From Eledone cirrhosa (Eukaryota), in NCBI GenBank assembly GCA_964016885.1, contig CAXHJY010001009.1:1-60680 (forward strand): a stretch of DNA of 60,680 bases, in the 5' to 3' direction. Below the pieces are notes generated by a model. The model worked only from the letters and a program-made list of their open reading frames with translations, had not been told where the DNA came from and searched no databases. A program made the translations under genes and the position numbers. Below, piece after piece: positions 26,940 through 40,786 of the stretch; positions within the stretch are counted from its first letter, which is position 1; each line of letters starts with the position of its first letter.

Positions 26940-28593
26940 ATATATATATATATGTTATATATATATATATGTTATATATATATATATGTTATATATATAT
27001 ATATGTTATATATATATATATGTTATATATATATATGTTATATATATATATATATGTTATATATATATATATATGTTATATATATATATATATGTTATAT
27101 ATATATATATATGTTATATATATATATATGTTATATATATATATATGTTATATATATATATATGTTATATATATATATATGTTATATATATATATATGTT
27201 ATATATATATATATGTTATATATATATATATGTTATATATATATGTTATATATATATGTTATATATATATATATATGTTATATATATATATATATGTTAT
27301 ATATATATATATATGTTATATATATATATATATGTTATATATATATATATATATATGTTATATATATATATATATATATGTTATATATATATATATATAT
27401 ATATGTTATATATATATATATATATATGTTATATATATATATATATATATGTTATATATATATATATATATATGTTATATATATATATATATATATGTTA
27501 TATATATATATATATATATGTTATATATATATATGTTATATATATATATATATGTTATATATATATATATATGTTATATATATATATGTTATATATATAT
27601 ATGTTATATATATATATGTTATATATATATATGTTATATATATATATGTTATATATATATATGTTATATATATATATGTTATATATATATATGTTATATA
27701 TATATATGTTATATATATATATGTTATATATATATATGTTATATATATATATGTTATATATATATATGTTATATATATATATGTTATATATATATATGTT
27801 ATATATATATATGTTATATATATATATGTTATATATATATATGTTATATATATATATGTTATATATATATATAACATATATATATATATAACATATATAT
27901 ATATATAACATATATATATATATAACATATATATATATATAACATATATATATATATAACATATATATATATATAACATATATATATATATAACATATAT
28001 ATATATATAACATATATATATATATAACATATATATATATATAACATATATATATATATAACATATATATATATATATAACATATATATATATATATAAC
28101 ATATATATATATATATAACATATATATATATATATAACATATATATATATAACATATATATATATATATAACATATATATATATATATAACATATATATA
28201 TATATATAATATATATATATATATAACATATATATATATATATAATATATATATATATATAACATATATATATATATATATAACATATATATATATATAA
28301 CATATATATATATATATAACATATATATATATATATAACATATATATATATATAACATATATATATATATATATATAACATATATATATATATAACATAT
28401 ATATATATATAACATATATATATATATATATATATAACATATATATATATATGTTATATATATATATATATATATATGTTATATATATATATATATATAT
28501 GTTATATATATATATATATATATGTTATATATATATATATATATATGTTATATATATATATATATATATGTTATATATATATATATATATATG

Positions 28594-28632
<39 letters not shown>

Positions 28633-28757
28633 ATATATATATATATATATGTTATATATATATATATATATGTTATATATATATATATATATGTTATATA
28701 TATATATATATATGTTATATATATATATATATATGTTATATATATATATATGTTATA
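24540..28757. repeat. ~4.2-kb compound TA microsatellite/minisatellite
   Basis: Blocks of AAATT(TA)n, AAATTTT(AT)n, GTT(AT)n and inverted AAC(AT)n, with a unique island at ~25978-26190. Confidence 0.95.
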
Positions 28758-29646
28758 CTAGCATTAAAGCCCGGCGTTGCTCGGGGTCATTAAGTTACCA
28801 AAGTTAGGTTGCAGTACTTTTTTGTCTGTCAGGCACTGGGTGAATGAATTGCAGATCTGGACTGCCAAAGCATGAGCTGCGCCAGCAGTGACAATTGTAG
28901 TTTCGCCTATGGATATTATCTCTGTGCAAAAAAGTGTTGAAATTTATTGTTTGACAGTACTTGCGCAACACACGCGTAGATGATGCCAGCCGAACAACAG
29001 AGCTGCGATGGAGTTGTTCTGCATTGTTGTCTGTGTGTTTTCTAAATTTAAGACAGTAGGGAGGGTTGTGATATGAGGGAGAGTTAGCTGTTGTTTCTAG
29101 TAGGTTTAGTGACCTCATAGAGGATATGTGTTTTCTAAATTTAAGACAGTAGGGAGGGGTGTGATATGGGGGAGAGTTAGCTGCTGTTTCTAGCAGGTTT
29201 AGTAACCTCATAGAGGATATGTGTTTTCTAAATTTAAGACAGTAGGGAGGGGTGTGATATGGGGGAGAGTTAGCTGCTGTTTCTAGCAGGTTTAGTAACC
29301 TCATAGAGGATATGTATTTTCTAAATTTAAGACAGTAGGGAGTGGTGTGAACGGTCAGTATTACCATCAAGCTTGGAAAGAGAGAGTAGTAGAAAGTATG
29401 AAGTTGTATAGATTTTGAATGGTAGTAGAAAGAGTTCAGCAGTTTAAATGAGAGAGAAAAATCGTAAAATATTGAGTTTTATCTATTTTTTGCGTAATTG
29501 TGGGTGAAATTGAAAAAATTATCTGCGTCATGACGCAATCGAAACTATTTCGAATCCTGAATTGTAAATTTCAATTGAAGAAATTGTATATCGTAGATTT
29601 CTATAACGAAGGAGCATGACCACACACTGAGCTTTATAGATTATGA
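28758..29646 (-). mobile_element. Non-autonomous Helitron with a ~93-bp internal tandem repeat
   Basis: CTAG at 28758-28761 next to hairpin CCCGGCGTTGCTCGGG; TC-type start near 29646; ~93-bp unit repeated about 3.3 times at ~29036-29345. Confidence 0.8.
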
Positions 29647-29900
29647 TATATATATATATGTTATATATATATATATGTTATATATATATGTTATATATAT
29701 ACATATGTTATATATATATATACATATGTTATATATATATATACATATGTTATATATATATATATGTTATATGTTATATATATATACAAATGTTATATAT
29801 ATATATATATGTTATATATATATATATATGTTATATATATATATATATGTTATATATATATATATATGTTATATATATATATATATGTTATATATATATA

Positions 29901-30239
29901 TCATCATCATCATCATTTCATTTTACGTCCACTTTTCCCTGCTTGCAAGGGTGGGACGGGAACTGATTCTGGCTTGATTTCTACAGCTGGATGCCCTTCC
30001 TAACACCAACCTCATTTACAGTGAGTGCTGGGTGCTTTTTTGCTGTGGCACCTCCACGACCACTTTGCGGTGGAATGATAGGGACCACAGTCCCTATAAT
30101 CTCATTTCTACAGCTGAGTAAACTGGAGCAACGTGAAATAAAGTGTCTTGCTCAAGGAATCAACACATCACCCGGTCTGAGAATTGAACTCACAACCTTT
30201 CGATTGCAAGGCTCTAACCACTAAGCCATGTGCCTCCAC
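29901..30239 (-). mobile_element. SINE family 2, full length
   Basis: tRNA-like head GGAGGCACATGGCTTAGTGGTTAGAG...GAGTTCAATTC, CORE-like centre and RTE-type tail with (GAT)n. Confidence 0.85.
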
Positions 30240-30380
30240 TATATATGTTATATATATATATACAAATATTATATATATATATATATGTTATATATATATA
30301 TATGTTATATATATATACAAATGTTATATATATATATATATGTTATATATATATATATATGTTATATATATATACAAATG

Positions 30381-30417
<37 letters not shown>

Positions 30418-30418
<1 letters not shown>

Positions 30419-31450
30419 CCATAACAGAGGAGTTTAAGACTGGCTGTCAATGGGAACTTCTCTATGCTGACGATCTGGTTCTTATAGCAGAATCAGTAGA
30501 GGAGCTAGAGAATAAATTCTGGTTATGGAAACAGCAGTTGGAAGCAAGAGGACTGAGAGTGAACCTAGCTAAGACAAAAGTGTTGATGAGTAGAAAAGAG
30601 GACAAAACCCTGATTCCATCAGGGAAATGGCCATGTGCGATATGCAGAAAAGGAACTGGCATAAATTCTATAAAATGCACACAATGCAGATCCTGGGTAC
30701 ACAAGAGATGTAGCGGGATAGCAGGCAAACTAACAGGTAGGGAGAAATATGTATGCAGTAGATGTACAGGGAAATTAGACAGTAGAAGTCACATTGATAG
30801 ACACATTTTTCAAATGCAGGAGGGCGCTATAGAAGTGGTGGATAGCTTCCGGTACCTAGGAGATCAGATTAGCACGGGAGGAGGGTGTTCCGAGGCCATA
30901 GTATCTAGAATAAGGACGGGTTGGAAGAAGTTTAGGGAGCTGCTTCCTCTGTTGAAGAAGGGTTTCTCCCTGCGTACGAAAGGCCGGTTGTACGATGCCT
31001 GTGTGTGGAGCGCGATGCTGCATGGTAGTGAGACATGGGCAGCAACTGCAGAGGATATGCGACGGCTGGAGAGAAATGAGGCAAGCATGCTCCGTTGGAT
31101 GTGCAGTGTAAATGTGCGTGAACGACCCAGAATAAATGTGTTGAGAGAGAAACTGTGTCTGAGAGGGATAGAATGTAATGTGCGGGAGAGGAGACTGAGG
31201 TGGTATGGACATGTGATGCGCATGGAGTGCGATGGGTGAAGAAGTGCCAGGAAATGCCAGTTGAAGGAAGACGTGGTAGAGGTAGACCACGAAAAACATG
31301 GGCGGAGGTGGTGAGAACAGACCTCAGATCATTGAAGCTCACGGTGGAGATGACGAAGGACCGTGACGAGTGGAGAGATGCTGTGCTAAATAAGACCCAT
31401 CCCACCCTTGCAAGCAGGGAAAAGCGGACGTAAAATGATGATGATGATGA
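30418..31450 (+). mobile_element. 5'-truncated RTE LINE (RT C-half with PHD-like insert)
   Basis: WELLYADDL, FRYLGD, HGSETWA, RRLRWYGHVMR, GRGRPRKTW and a (GAT)n tail. Confidence 0.92.
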
Positions 31451-31526
31451 TATGTTATATATATATACAAATATTATATATATATATATATAAATGTTAT
31501 ATATATATATATATTTATATACATTT

Positions 31527-31578
<52 letters not shown>

Positions 31579-32129
31579 AGTCAGTAAACAGATATGTTGG
31601 TTAGCTGTGATGCAGCTTTACAGGCAGGATTGTTTATAGGAAATCCTGCCTGTAAAGCTGCACCACAGCTGACTCCTGCTTACAAGCTCTCATACTCTGC
31701 CTGTAAATCATGTATTTGCACTGCTTGTGAATTGATGTGTCTATGTTTGGTTTGTTTTTTAATCATGCTGAGTAACACCCTCATTCATTTCTTGCTCTCC
31801 TCTCTCAACCTCCTTATTATCTATTGCACCATTTATGTGATGAACTTTTGATGTAATTTTTTGACATTATATGTATCATGTATTGTGTGCTGTTCTATAC
31901 AGCGCTGGCTTGGGACCCCACTACTTGTCCTTGTTCTGGTGACTAGGCTCGATGGAGCCTGCAACCTTTGATATATTTTTGTTTATAGGCTCCTGATGAT
32001 TCCTGCCATAGGGGATGGATGAAACACTGTTAGCAAATAAAATAATGTATTTCTAAGCACTCTTTGGTTATTCCTAAACTTATATATATATATATGTATA
32101 TATTTTATATATATATATATATATATTTT

Positions 32130-34065
32130 ATGTAACTTTAACTTTGATAACATTGATAGGTTTCGGCCAGTATTGGCCCAGGCCATGTCTAACTTAATAG
32201 CACCATCTGGCGAAGTCTTACAAATCAGTGTTTGGGCACCATGGCCCACTCGAGCGGAGAGTTATTGTTTACGGAGGCATATCCGGGTGTAGGAGGCTTA
32301 TCCAGGATTTCTTGAAGGAATTTATCCAAAGACTTCATGAATTTGATGGGGTCTGTCTCTGCTTTGATGTGTTTTGGTGTAATATTAAAGAGAGCAGGGT
32401 CAATTGAGGTAAAATAATTGTGCCATATTGTTTTTATGAGATGCGAGTGAGATTTTTGTTGTGGGCGGATAGCACAGGGCCCAAGCCTTGGGTGTACATT
32501 AAAGGTGATGCCAACATCATTTTGGCAAAGCTGATGGAATATTTTCCACATCATGCAGATAATATAGCGCTCACGGCGACGTTGGAGAGAATAAAGGTTG
32601 AGCTTTTCTAATCGACTCCAATAGTCAAGGCCTGTCATGCCATCAATCTTTTTTGTAATTGACCTTTGGGGTGCTTCAACTTTCATGATACGTTGTTTCG
32701 TGTGGGGTGACCACAGAGGACAACAGTATTCAAGGTGGGGTCGGGCAAAAGTGGAGAAGAGAAGGATAACAGTGTGGATATCTCTCGACTGGAATGTTCT
32801 GAGAATCCAGGAACACATTCTGCGGGCCATATCAACTTTGCTGTTTATATGAGTGGCCCAGCTTATGCTGTTGTCCACAATTACTCCCAGGTCTCTGATG
32901 TTGTTGGATGCGACTAGAGTTTCACCCGAAGGAAGAGAGTATGGTAGTTTCAGGGCATCCTTTTTTCCAAAGTGGATTAATTCAAACTTATCCTCATTCA
33001 ACAGCATATTATTCATTTCTGCCCATTGGATAACAGCCAGTAAGTCTGACTGAAGGCAAGTTCGGTCACCTACCTCATTGATGACCCTTTGGAGTTTGGA
33101 ATCATCTGCGAAGATTCTTATGTTGCTGTGCTTGATGATGTCAGTAATGTCATTAATGTAGATGATGAAAAGAAGTGGGCCCAACACAGTGCCTTGTGGG
33201 ACGCCACTGCTGACTTTGGCAGGGCTTGATTTTACACCTTCGACTACAACATGCTTGGTTCTGTCTGTCAGGAAACAGTTGATCCACTATAGTAACCTTC
33301 CAGAGACATCAGCATTGGATAGTTTTTTCAGTAGAATCTTATGATCAACCCTGTCAAAGGCCTTGCTGAAATCAAGGTAGATGACATCAGTGTTTGAGCC
33401 CTCTCCCAAGGCTCTCAAAACATTGTCAAAGTGATGCAGGAGATGCGTTAGGCAGTTCCTTCCATTACGGAACCCATGTTGGTTGGAGTTCAGCAGACCA
33501 TTGCTTTCAAGAAAGTGGGTTATTCGTGATCTCACCACCCTCTCAATACCTTGATAATATGAGAGGTGAGTGAGATCGGACGGTAGTTCACTGCAAGGGA
33601 CTTATTTCTCTTTTTGAAGACTGGGACAGAAAGTTTTCAGGAATATAGCCGGTGTCCAGTGAGTTCCTCCACAGATTAGCAAAAGGAGATGCAAGTTGGT
33701 GTCGACACACCTCCAGGACACAAGCAGGAAACCTGTCGAGGCCTACTGCTGCATTGTGTTTAATTTTGTTTATTGCTGCTAAGACATCAGGGGTGCCAAA
33801 CGTTATGTCTGATATAGTGTGTTGGGGATTAACATCACTGATACAGCCCAGATCGGCCATATCAGGATTGCTGAAAACAGAGCAGTATTGTTTCTGCAGT
33901 ATCTTGCCCATGGTTTTGGCATTGTCTTGGAGTGTGCTATTTTCATCAACTAGAGGGCCAACAGTGGAGACGGTGACCTTGTGTTTTTTAGCAAATGAAA
34001 AGAACACTTTGGGGTTGAGTTTGATTTTCTAAATGGCCCACCTCTCTTCAGCTATTCTCTGAATT
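32130..34065 (-). mobile_element. 5'-truncated CR1/L2-group LINE (RT)
   Basis: QHGFRNGRNC, YLDFSKAFDRVDH, GVPQGTVLGPLLFIIYIND, FADDSK, LEYCCPLWSP, LYSLQRRRER; frameshifted. Confidence 0.9.
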
Positions 34066-34407
34066 TTTAGAATAAATATTTATTAAAATATTAACAGAGA
34101 AAATTAGATTTTTGATTTATTTTTTGAACAATGAAAGTAAATATTTGTTTCTACTTTAGGCACAAGGCCAGCAATAACCCAGTTCATTACTGGTACTTTA
34201 TTTTATCGACCCCATAAGGATGAAAGGCAAAGTCAACCTCGGCGGGATTTGAACTCAGATCGTAAAGGGACGTAACTATGCTGGAAAGCATGGCGTCCGA
34301 CCCTCTACCGATACTGCCAAGTAAATATTGAAAGTAATATTTAGTTAGGCCAGAAGTTGTGGTGCACGTGGTCTTCCGGACATAACTAACTAAATATCGA
34401 AAGAAAC

Positions 34408-35284
34408 ATGGCTGGAAGACCGCATGCAGCACAATTTATTGTTGAGAATATTAATTCACCAGAAGAAACTTTAAATATATTTAACATACCGTGAAATGCA
34501 TTTAATTACCGCAAATAATCGTTCTACTCGGGAATTTCTGGCTAGCAACTGGTTAATTTCAAATACTGTTAATTGTACTGCCTGCAATATTTTATGTTTG
34601 TTTGTGACTTTGAAAGACGGGATTGATGGCTTTAGATGGAAATATAAGGCATGCAACTTTACGCAATCGATTCGTTGTGGATCCTTTTTTACTAGAAGTC
34701 ATTTGAATCTACAACAAATTCTCGATTTTATCTACTATTGGTGTTTTAACACCGAAGATGTTGTTATTTCAAATCAAATTCGCTGTAACAATACAACTAC
34801 CGTTACCGACTGGTGCAATTTTATGCGTGATGTATGTAGTGAATGGGTTGAGCAAAATCCGGCGATACTCGGTGGTCTTGATTCCAACGGAATACCAATA
34901 ACTGTACAAATTGATGAGAGCAAATATTTTCATCGTAAATATGCTCGTGGGCTCTGGCATGAAGGACATTGGGTCATTGGCGGAATTGATACCAATAATC
35001 CCCACAATATTTTTCTCCATGAAATCCCTGATCGTACTGCTGAGACTCTGCTGCCTATTATTGAAAGGCACTGTGCAAATGGATCTATGATCCATACAGA
35101 TGAGTGGCAGGCATACAATCAAATACCAAATTTGTCTGGTCGTTATACCATATCAAGTACACACACGCAAAATATTGAGGGGATGTGGTCTCATGCTAAA
35201 AAGAAACTAAAACGCAAAAGTGGTACCAGCCAACCACTATTTCAGTCGTATTTAAGGGAGTTTGAGTTGGCGAGAAGCATGTAA
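34408..35284 (+). mobile_element. Merlin (IS1595/ISXO2-like) DDE transposase, probably defective
   Basis: ORF 34496-35284 contains an N-terminal CxxC, VQIDES, WVIGGID, DRTAETLLPII, IHTDEWQAY, HTQNIEGMW and YLREF. A probable upstream ATG at 34408 is out of frame, and the usual VNH segment is missing. Confidence 0.88.
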
Positions 35285-36264
35285 GAAAATGAACATGTAA
35301 AAATGAAGCAGCTGATGATGTGTCGTGACGTGTCGTGTAGTGGGTGGAGCTAATAATTGAATGTCGATGATGATAATTTAGGAAACTAAAACCAAGTAAC
35401 TCAATGCGTCAAAGCATGGCGTCCGACCTTCTACCGATACTGCCAATCCAATGGAAGTTGTTTCTGAATGTATTAAATTATGTAAGGGACTTTTAAGTCA
35501 TGTCACCGGTCTCAACTAGACGGAGGAAAATTACAATTTATATCGACTCCATCGTTACAACTTAAACCTTATCCAATTTTATCTTTTATTTCATATTAAG
35601 GTGAACGTTAATGTTTGTAAATAACAAAAAGTGACTTATTTACCTTATAGTTGTTGTTTTATCACCTGTATTATTACATATTTCATATCATCACAAACAA
35701 CGCACTACATCGGGAAGTGGTTGTTCAACATTTTACGGGTCAGGAAAATGTTTATTTAATCAGAAATCAGTGAACAATTAGTTCTTCCTATTTTTCTTCA
35801 CTTTATATTTGGTCTTCAAAACTAAAGTACGTATTATTTCGTTTTCCATCACAGCACACACATTGTGAACTTTTCTACTATCTGAAGTGAAAAGTCTTGA
35901 TTTATTACAACACGTACATACATATTTCTACTCACACACACACGCCTATTTATCTCTCTCTTCCCCTGGCACATGTACACACTATAAAAGATATATGCAT
36001 ACATCTTGTAATTTGAATGATAAATATATATAATATACGCTTCAACTTTCTTCGTCGAAAATCAGTCTTACGCTGTCATATCTCTTATTACTGGTACCAA
36101 CTGAATGCTACATTACAACTTTCTAGAAGAAGAAAGCCGAGTTTTGCAGTCTTTTATAGAAACTGTATTTTAGAATACAAATCATCTATTTACGATATCT
36201 ACATTATTTAATGTATAAGTAGAAGTGGTGAGAATCCTTTATGTAAAGATCACTAGCTAGAAAT

Positions 36265-37446
36265 ATGTCTGAATATAGCTGTGAGATTTGCAGAAAAACT
36301 TTCCCTTCAAAACTGAAACTATCCCTACACGAGAAAATAAACAATGGAGAAAAACCTTCCCGCTGTGAAATATGTGGAAAATCTTTTGTCTGTTGCGGTA
36401 ACTTCAAAAGTCATATGAGAATACACACTGGAGAAAAACCCTACCACTGTGAAATATGTGGGAAATCTTTTTCTCAACGTTCTCATCTTGTAGATCACAA
36501 AAGAATACACACAGGAGAAAAACCTTATTCATGTGAAATATGTGGGAAATCTTTTTCTCAAGGTTCTACACTTGTACTTCACAAAAGAGTACACACAGGA
36601 GAAAAACCTTATTCATGTGAAATATGTCAAAAGTCTTTTTCTCAAGGTTCTCATCTTGTACGTCACAAAATATTACACACAGGAGAAAAACCTTATTCAT
36701 GCGAAATATGTGGGAAATCTTTTTCTAATAATTTTGCACTTGTACTTCACAAAAGAATACATACAGGGGAAAAACCTTATTCATGTGAAATATGTGGGAA
36801 CTCTTTTTCTCAAGATTCTACACTTGTAGATCACAAAAGAATACACACAGGAGAAAAACCTTATTCATGTGAAATATGTGGGAAATCTTTTTCTCATGGT
36901 TCTATTCTTGTAAAACACATAAGAATACACACAGGAGAAAAACCTTATTCATGTGAAATATGTGGGAAATCTTTTTCTCAAAGTTCTGCTCTTTTACGTC
37001 ACGAAAGAATACACACAGGAGAAAAACCTTATTCATGTGAAATATGTGGGAAATCTTTTTCTCGTGGTTCTTATCTTGTAGAGCACAAAAGAATACACAC
37101 AGGAGACACACTTTATTCATGTGATATATGTGGGAAATCTTTTTCTAAAGGTTCGCATCTTGTAAATCACAGAAGAATACACACTGGTGAAAAACCCTTC
37201 CATTGTGACATATGTGGGAAATCTTTCGCTCAGAAGGTCCATCTTGTCTGTCACAAAAGAACACATACTGGAGAAAAACCCTTCCAATGTGAAATATGTG
37301 GGAAATCTTTTTTACGTTTTGCTAACCTTGTAACACACAAAAGAATACACACAGGAGAAAAACCTTTTTCATGTGAAATATGTGGGAAATCTTTCACCCA
37401 GAATTCCTCACTGGTTGTTCACCTACGTAAACAACACTTGCAATAA
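36265..37446 (+). CDS. Poly-C2H2 zinc-finger protein, paralog 3 (14 fingers; the first lacks its final His)
   Basis: Intact 393-aa single-exon ORF. Confidence 0.9.
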   Translation: MSEYSCEICRKTFPSKLKLSLHEKINNGEKPSRCEICGKSFVCCGNFKSHMRIHTGEKPYHCEICGKSFSQRSHLVDHKRIHTGEKPYSCEICGKSFSQGSTLVLHKRVHTGEKPYSCEICQKSFSQGSHLVRHKILHTGEKPYSCEICGKSFSNNFALVLHKRIHTGEKPYSCEICGNSFSQDSTLVDHKRIHTGEKPYSCEICGKSFSHGSILVKHIRIHTGEKPYSCEICGKSFSQSSALLRHERIHTGEKPYSCEICGKSFSRGSYLVEHKRIHTGDTLYSCDICGKSFSKGSHLVNHRRIHTGEKPFHCDICGKSFAQKVHLVCHKRTHTGEKPFQCEICGKSFLRFANLVTHKRIHTGEKPFSCEICGKSFTQNSSLVVHLRKQHLQ

Positions 37447-37577
37447 ACCCCATTACTGTGAAATGTGAAACACTAATAAATAGACATACTCTGGAAGGAA
37501 GATTATAAAATGTGAAGCTTGAAATATCCTTATCTAATACATCTCAACATATATATATATATATATGTGTTTTTGTG

Positions 37578-37611
<34 letters not shown>

Positions 37612-37704
37612 ATGTATAATAAACAATACAATATAATTACCTCATTACCAGAGGTTTCCCGAATAAGACGAATACAAAAACGTCCCCATTCGTTTCTCAC
37701 AAGG

Positions 37705-37740
<36 letters not shown>

Positions 37741-39139
37741 CTCAATCAAACGTAAGAAATATACTGGCATATATCGAAGATTACCACAATAACTACGGAG
37801 CGCAGGACAAGATATGCTGAATATGCCTACCGAAGAATGGATGACCTAATGAACTGGCTCCTCTGGTGGACACCTAAATATAATGGGATGACTGAAAATG
37901 ACCTACGGATGTTCAGCTAGGGATTAATGATCTCAAGAATAGCACAAAATAATTATATATATTGATGTACATTTATTATGGTGAAATATGTTAGAAAGCA
38001 TTCTCAGAAGTTTTGTATTGTAATCCACAAATACACTCTGTAGAAAGTTCCACTTTATATTATTTGTTATTAAGGTTTCTTACAGAGACACAATCTCACT
38101 TCATTGGCAGAATCAGTAGAGTGGCAGACATGCTTTGTGTCATATAGTTACAGCCCTTTACTTTTGCTCCTCACAGGTTCAATAAATTAAATTACCAGTA
38201 ATGCACAGGGGTCAATTTAATCAACTTTCTCCTTCCTTTGAATTGCTGGCCTTGAGTTAAAAGTAGAAACATCTATTTAAAGTCTATAAAACAATTGTGT
38301 TTTGCTATATTTGTTCTGGTTCTCTGCTCTCTGAGTTTAAATCCTGCTGAGGTCAACTTTGCCTTTCATCGATTCAAGATTGATAAGAATAAGGTACCTG
38401 TGTACCACAGGGGTCTGTTCTTCCTCTGTATATTTATTTCTCAATTCGTCTCTCTCATTCTCTCTCCTCTGGAAGAAACCAATTGTTGTAACCTGGTGAG
38501 TGAAGGGCTCCACCAAGCTACAAATGTTCACAGTGGCACAATGGCACCCTTATGACTGCATCAGAAAAATAAAACAAAATATCTCTGTTTATATGTGTTT
38601 ATTTTATAAACCCTAACTGGTTTGTGATAAAATATCCACATTTATGTGTAAATAAAAACAATTTTATAACTTTAATATTTGTTGGGTGGTACTTTCATGA
38701 CAGTTCATATTAAGACTTTTTAAAAAATAATTAACATTTAAAAATACATTACATGTTTCTTCTGTTGCTAAACAAAGGTTTGGTAGGACGTTTCAGTTCT
38801 GTCAAAGACATGACAAACTCTTTAGTACCGGTGCCACAATAAAATACACTCAGTAGAATGTGGGACCATATGTAAGAGAGATGTGGTCTCCCACCTCACC
38901 CTGGTCTGTGAAGACCTGTCCTACCCTTGCTAGCAGGGAGAGTAGTTGTTAAATGATGATCTATGATGTAATTTGTGCCAAGCTATTTCAGCTATTCCCT
39001 TGGATAACATTATATATAATGCGTATTTAATGTATATATTGTCTATATGTAGCATATACACTATATATATATAGTGTATATGTTGTGTAAATATACATAT
39101 ACACAATGTACATAGCATTCATATAGTGTATATTTTCTG

Positions 39140-39790
39140 TATCATCATCATTACATCTGTTTTCTCTTGCTTGCATGGGTTGTACAGGCCCTTCTCAGCA
39201 TGGCATCTCTCCAATTGATGCGTTCCTTCGTCATCTTCACTTCCAGTCTTAGTCATTTGAGTTCAGCTCTCATAACATTTGCCCAGGTCTTTCTTGTTCG
39301 TCCTCTACTACGGCTTCCTTCCACTGGAATTTTCTGGCATTTCATCACCCATCGGTCATTGTCCATATGCATCACATATCCATACCACTGCAGTCATGTC
39401 TCCCACCTCTAATCTCGGACTCCCCATAAACCCAGCTCCTCCCTCAGCTAATCCAAGCTCTGCCTTTCTCTAACATATATGTTGCACATCCAACAAAACA
39501 TGGTTGCTTCATTTCTCTCCAGTCTAATCATGTCCTCTACAGTCACAGCCCATGTTTCTCTACCATGCAGTATTGCACACTTCACACAGGCATCATATAC
39601 CCTTCCTTTTGTGTGTAGGGAGAAACCTTATGTTATCAGCAGTAGGAGTAGTTCACTAAACTTCCATCCTATCCTTATTCAAGCCACTCTACACTTGGCA
39701 CACCCTCCTCTGCTGCTAATTAGGTCACCTAGATAGCAGAAGCTATCAACCACATCTATAGATCCTTCCTGTGACTGGACAGGAAGGATC
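39140..39790 (-). mobile_element. RTE 3' fragment (degraded)
   Basis: Minus-strand DSFCYLGD..., HGRETWA and RTE tail. Confidence 0.7.
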
Positions 39791-39932
39791 TATAGACGTT
39801 TATAACAGTAGCACTGTACCACTCAATTTCTGCTGTGCCTCGTCTACATGCAAAGATCTCTCTTCCTGTTAGACTACTCATTTTCCCATTACTTCTTTTG
39901 TGTACTATATATGTATATATATATACCATATA

Positions 39933-40786
39933 CAGGGTGCGGACGATATTTGTTCGCAAGATTACTGTCTAGGAAAAAATAACACAGTTTTATTTTTTAA
40001 GATATATTTATCAACTTGGGTCAGTTTGTCTTCATGACTTGTTCTTTCGATTTCACTCAATAAATCCGCCATTGGATTTGATGACGGCTTGAAGGGGGCC
40101 TCGGAACCGGCTACAGGCCTTCGTCACTGTCCCCCTGACTTAGGCCCCTAAAGGCACTTGTGATCCTGGCCTTCAGATCGTCTTTCGTATTGCAGTTAGA
40201 TCTGTTGGTGTCTTGTTCCACTGCGCCCTACACAAAGAAGTCAAGAGGGTTGCAGTCAGGCGAGCTGGGAGGCCAGATGTCAGGTTAAGTGGGGTCGACA
40301 AAGTTCTCTGACAGCCAGGCTTGGGTCTTTCGGCTGGTATGGCAGGGCGCTGAGTCTTGCTGCCACACGTATGGCCTACCTGCAGCTACCTAGTCGATCC
40401 AGGGCTTTACTGCCTCGCTCAGAACGCGGATGTAGCCATCGGTGTTCAGCTTGAGGCCCTCAGGGAAGAAGTGAGGTGGCATGACGACACCTAAGACCAA
40501 TGTTGTCGCTTGAAACTTTGTCTGCATGACTCTGGGCACATCTTAGGATGAGACAGCGAGCCACCTGTTGATCTTCTGGTCTTGTCCTCTCGGCGCGGAT
40601 TCCAAAAAGAACTCTGTGTCTCTTCCACAAATTTGGAGGTTCAAAATTATTCATAATCAATTATTCTGAAAATAAATAATGGAAATATAGTCACTGTTTT
40701 TATGAAGACAAGAGTGACAACGGAAGTAAAAAAATTTGCATAAGATTAGCAGTTGAAAATTGCGAACAAATATCGTCCACACCCTG
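39933..40786 (-). mobile_element. Tc1/mariner DD37D (maT-type) deletion derivative
   Basis: 27-bp TIRs CAGGGTG(C/T)GGACGATATTTGTTCGCAA with TA on both sides. Remnant WQQDSAPCH...WPPSSPDCNPLD has 37 residues between the second and third Asp, with in-frame stops. Confidence 0.92.

Noticed and set aside
26089-28807. ORFs up to 555 aa
   Set aside because: Stop-free translations of GTT(AT)n repeats.
28804-29370. 188-aa ORF with 31-aa repeats
   Set aside because: Product of the 93-bp tandem repeat inside a non-autonomous Helitron; no recognisable domain.
34496-35284. Bacterial IS1595 contamination or horizontal transfer
   Set aside because: It is embedded among host SINEs and ZNF modules, and eukaryotic Merlin elements explain it.
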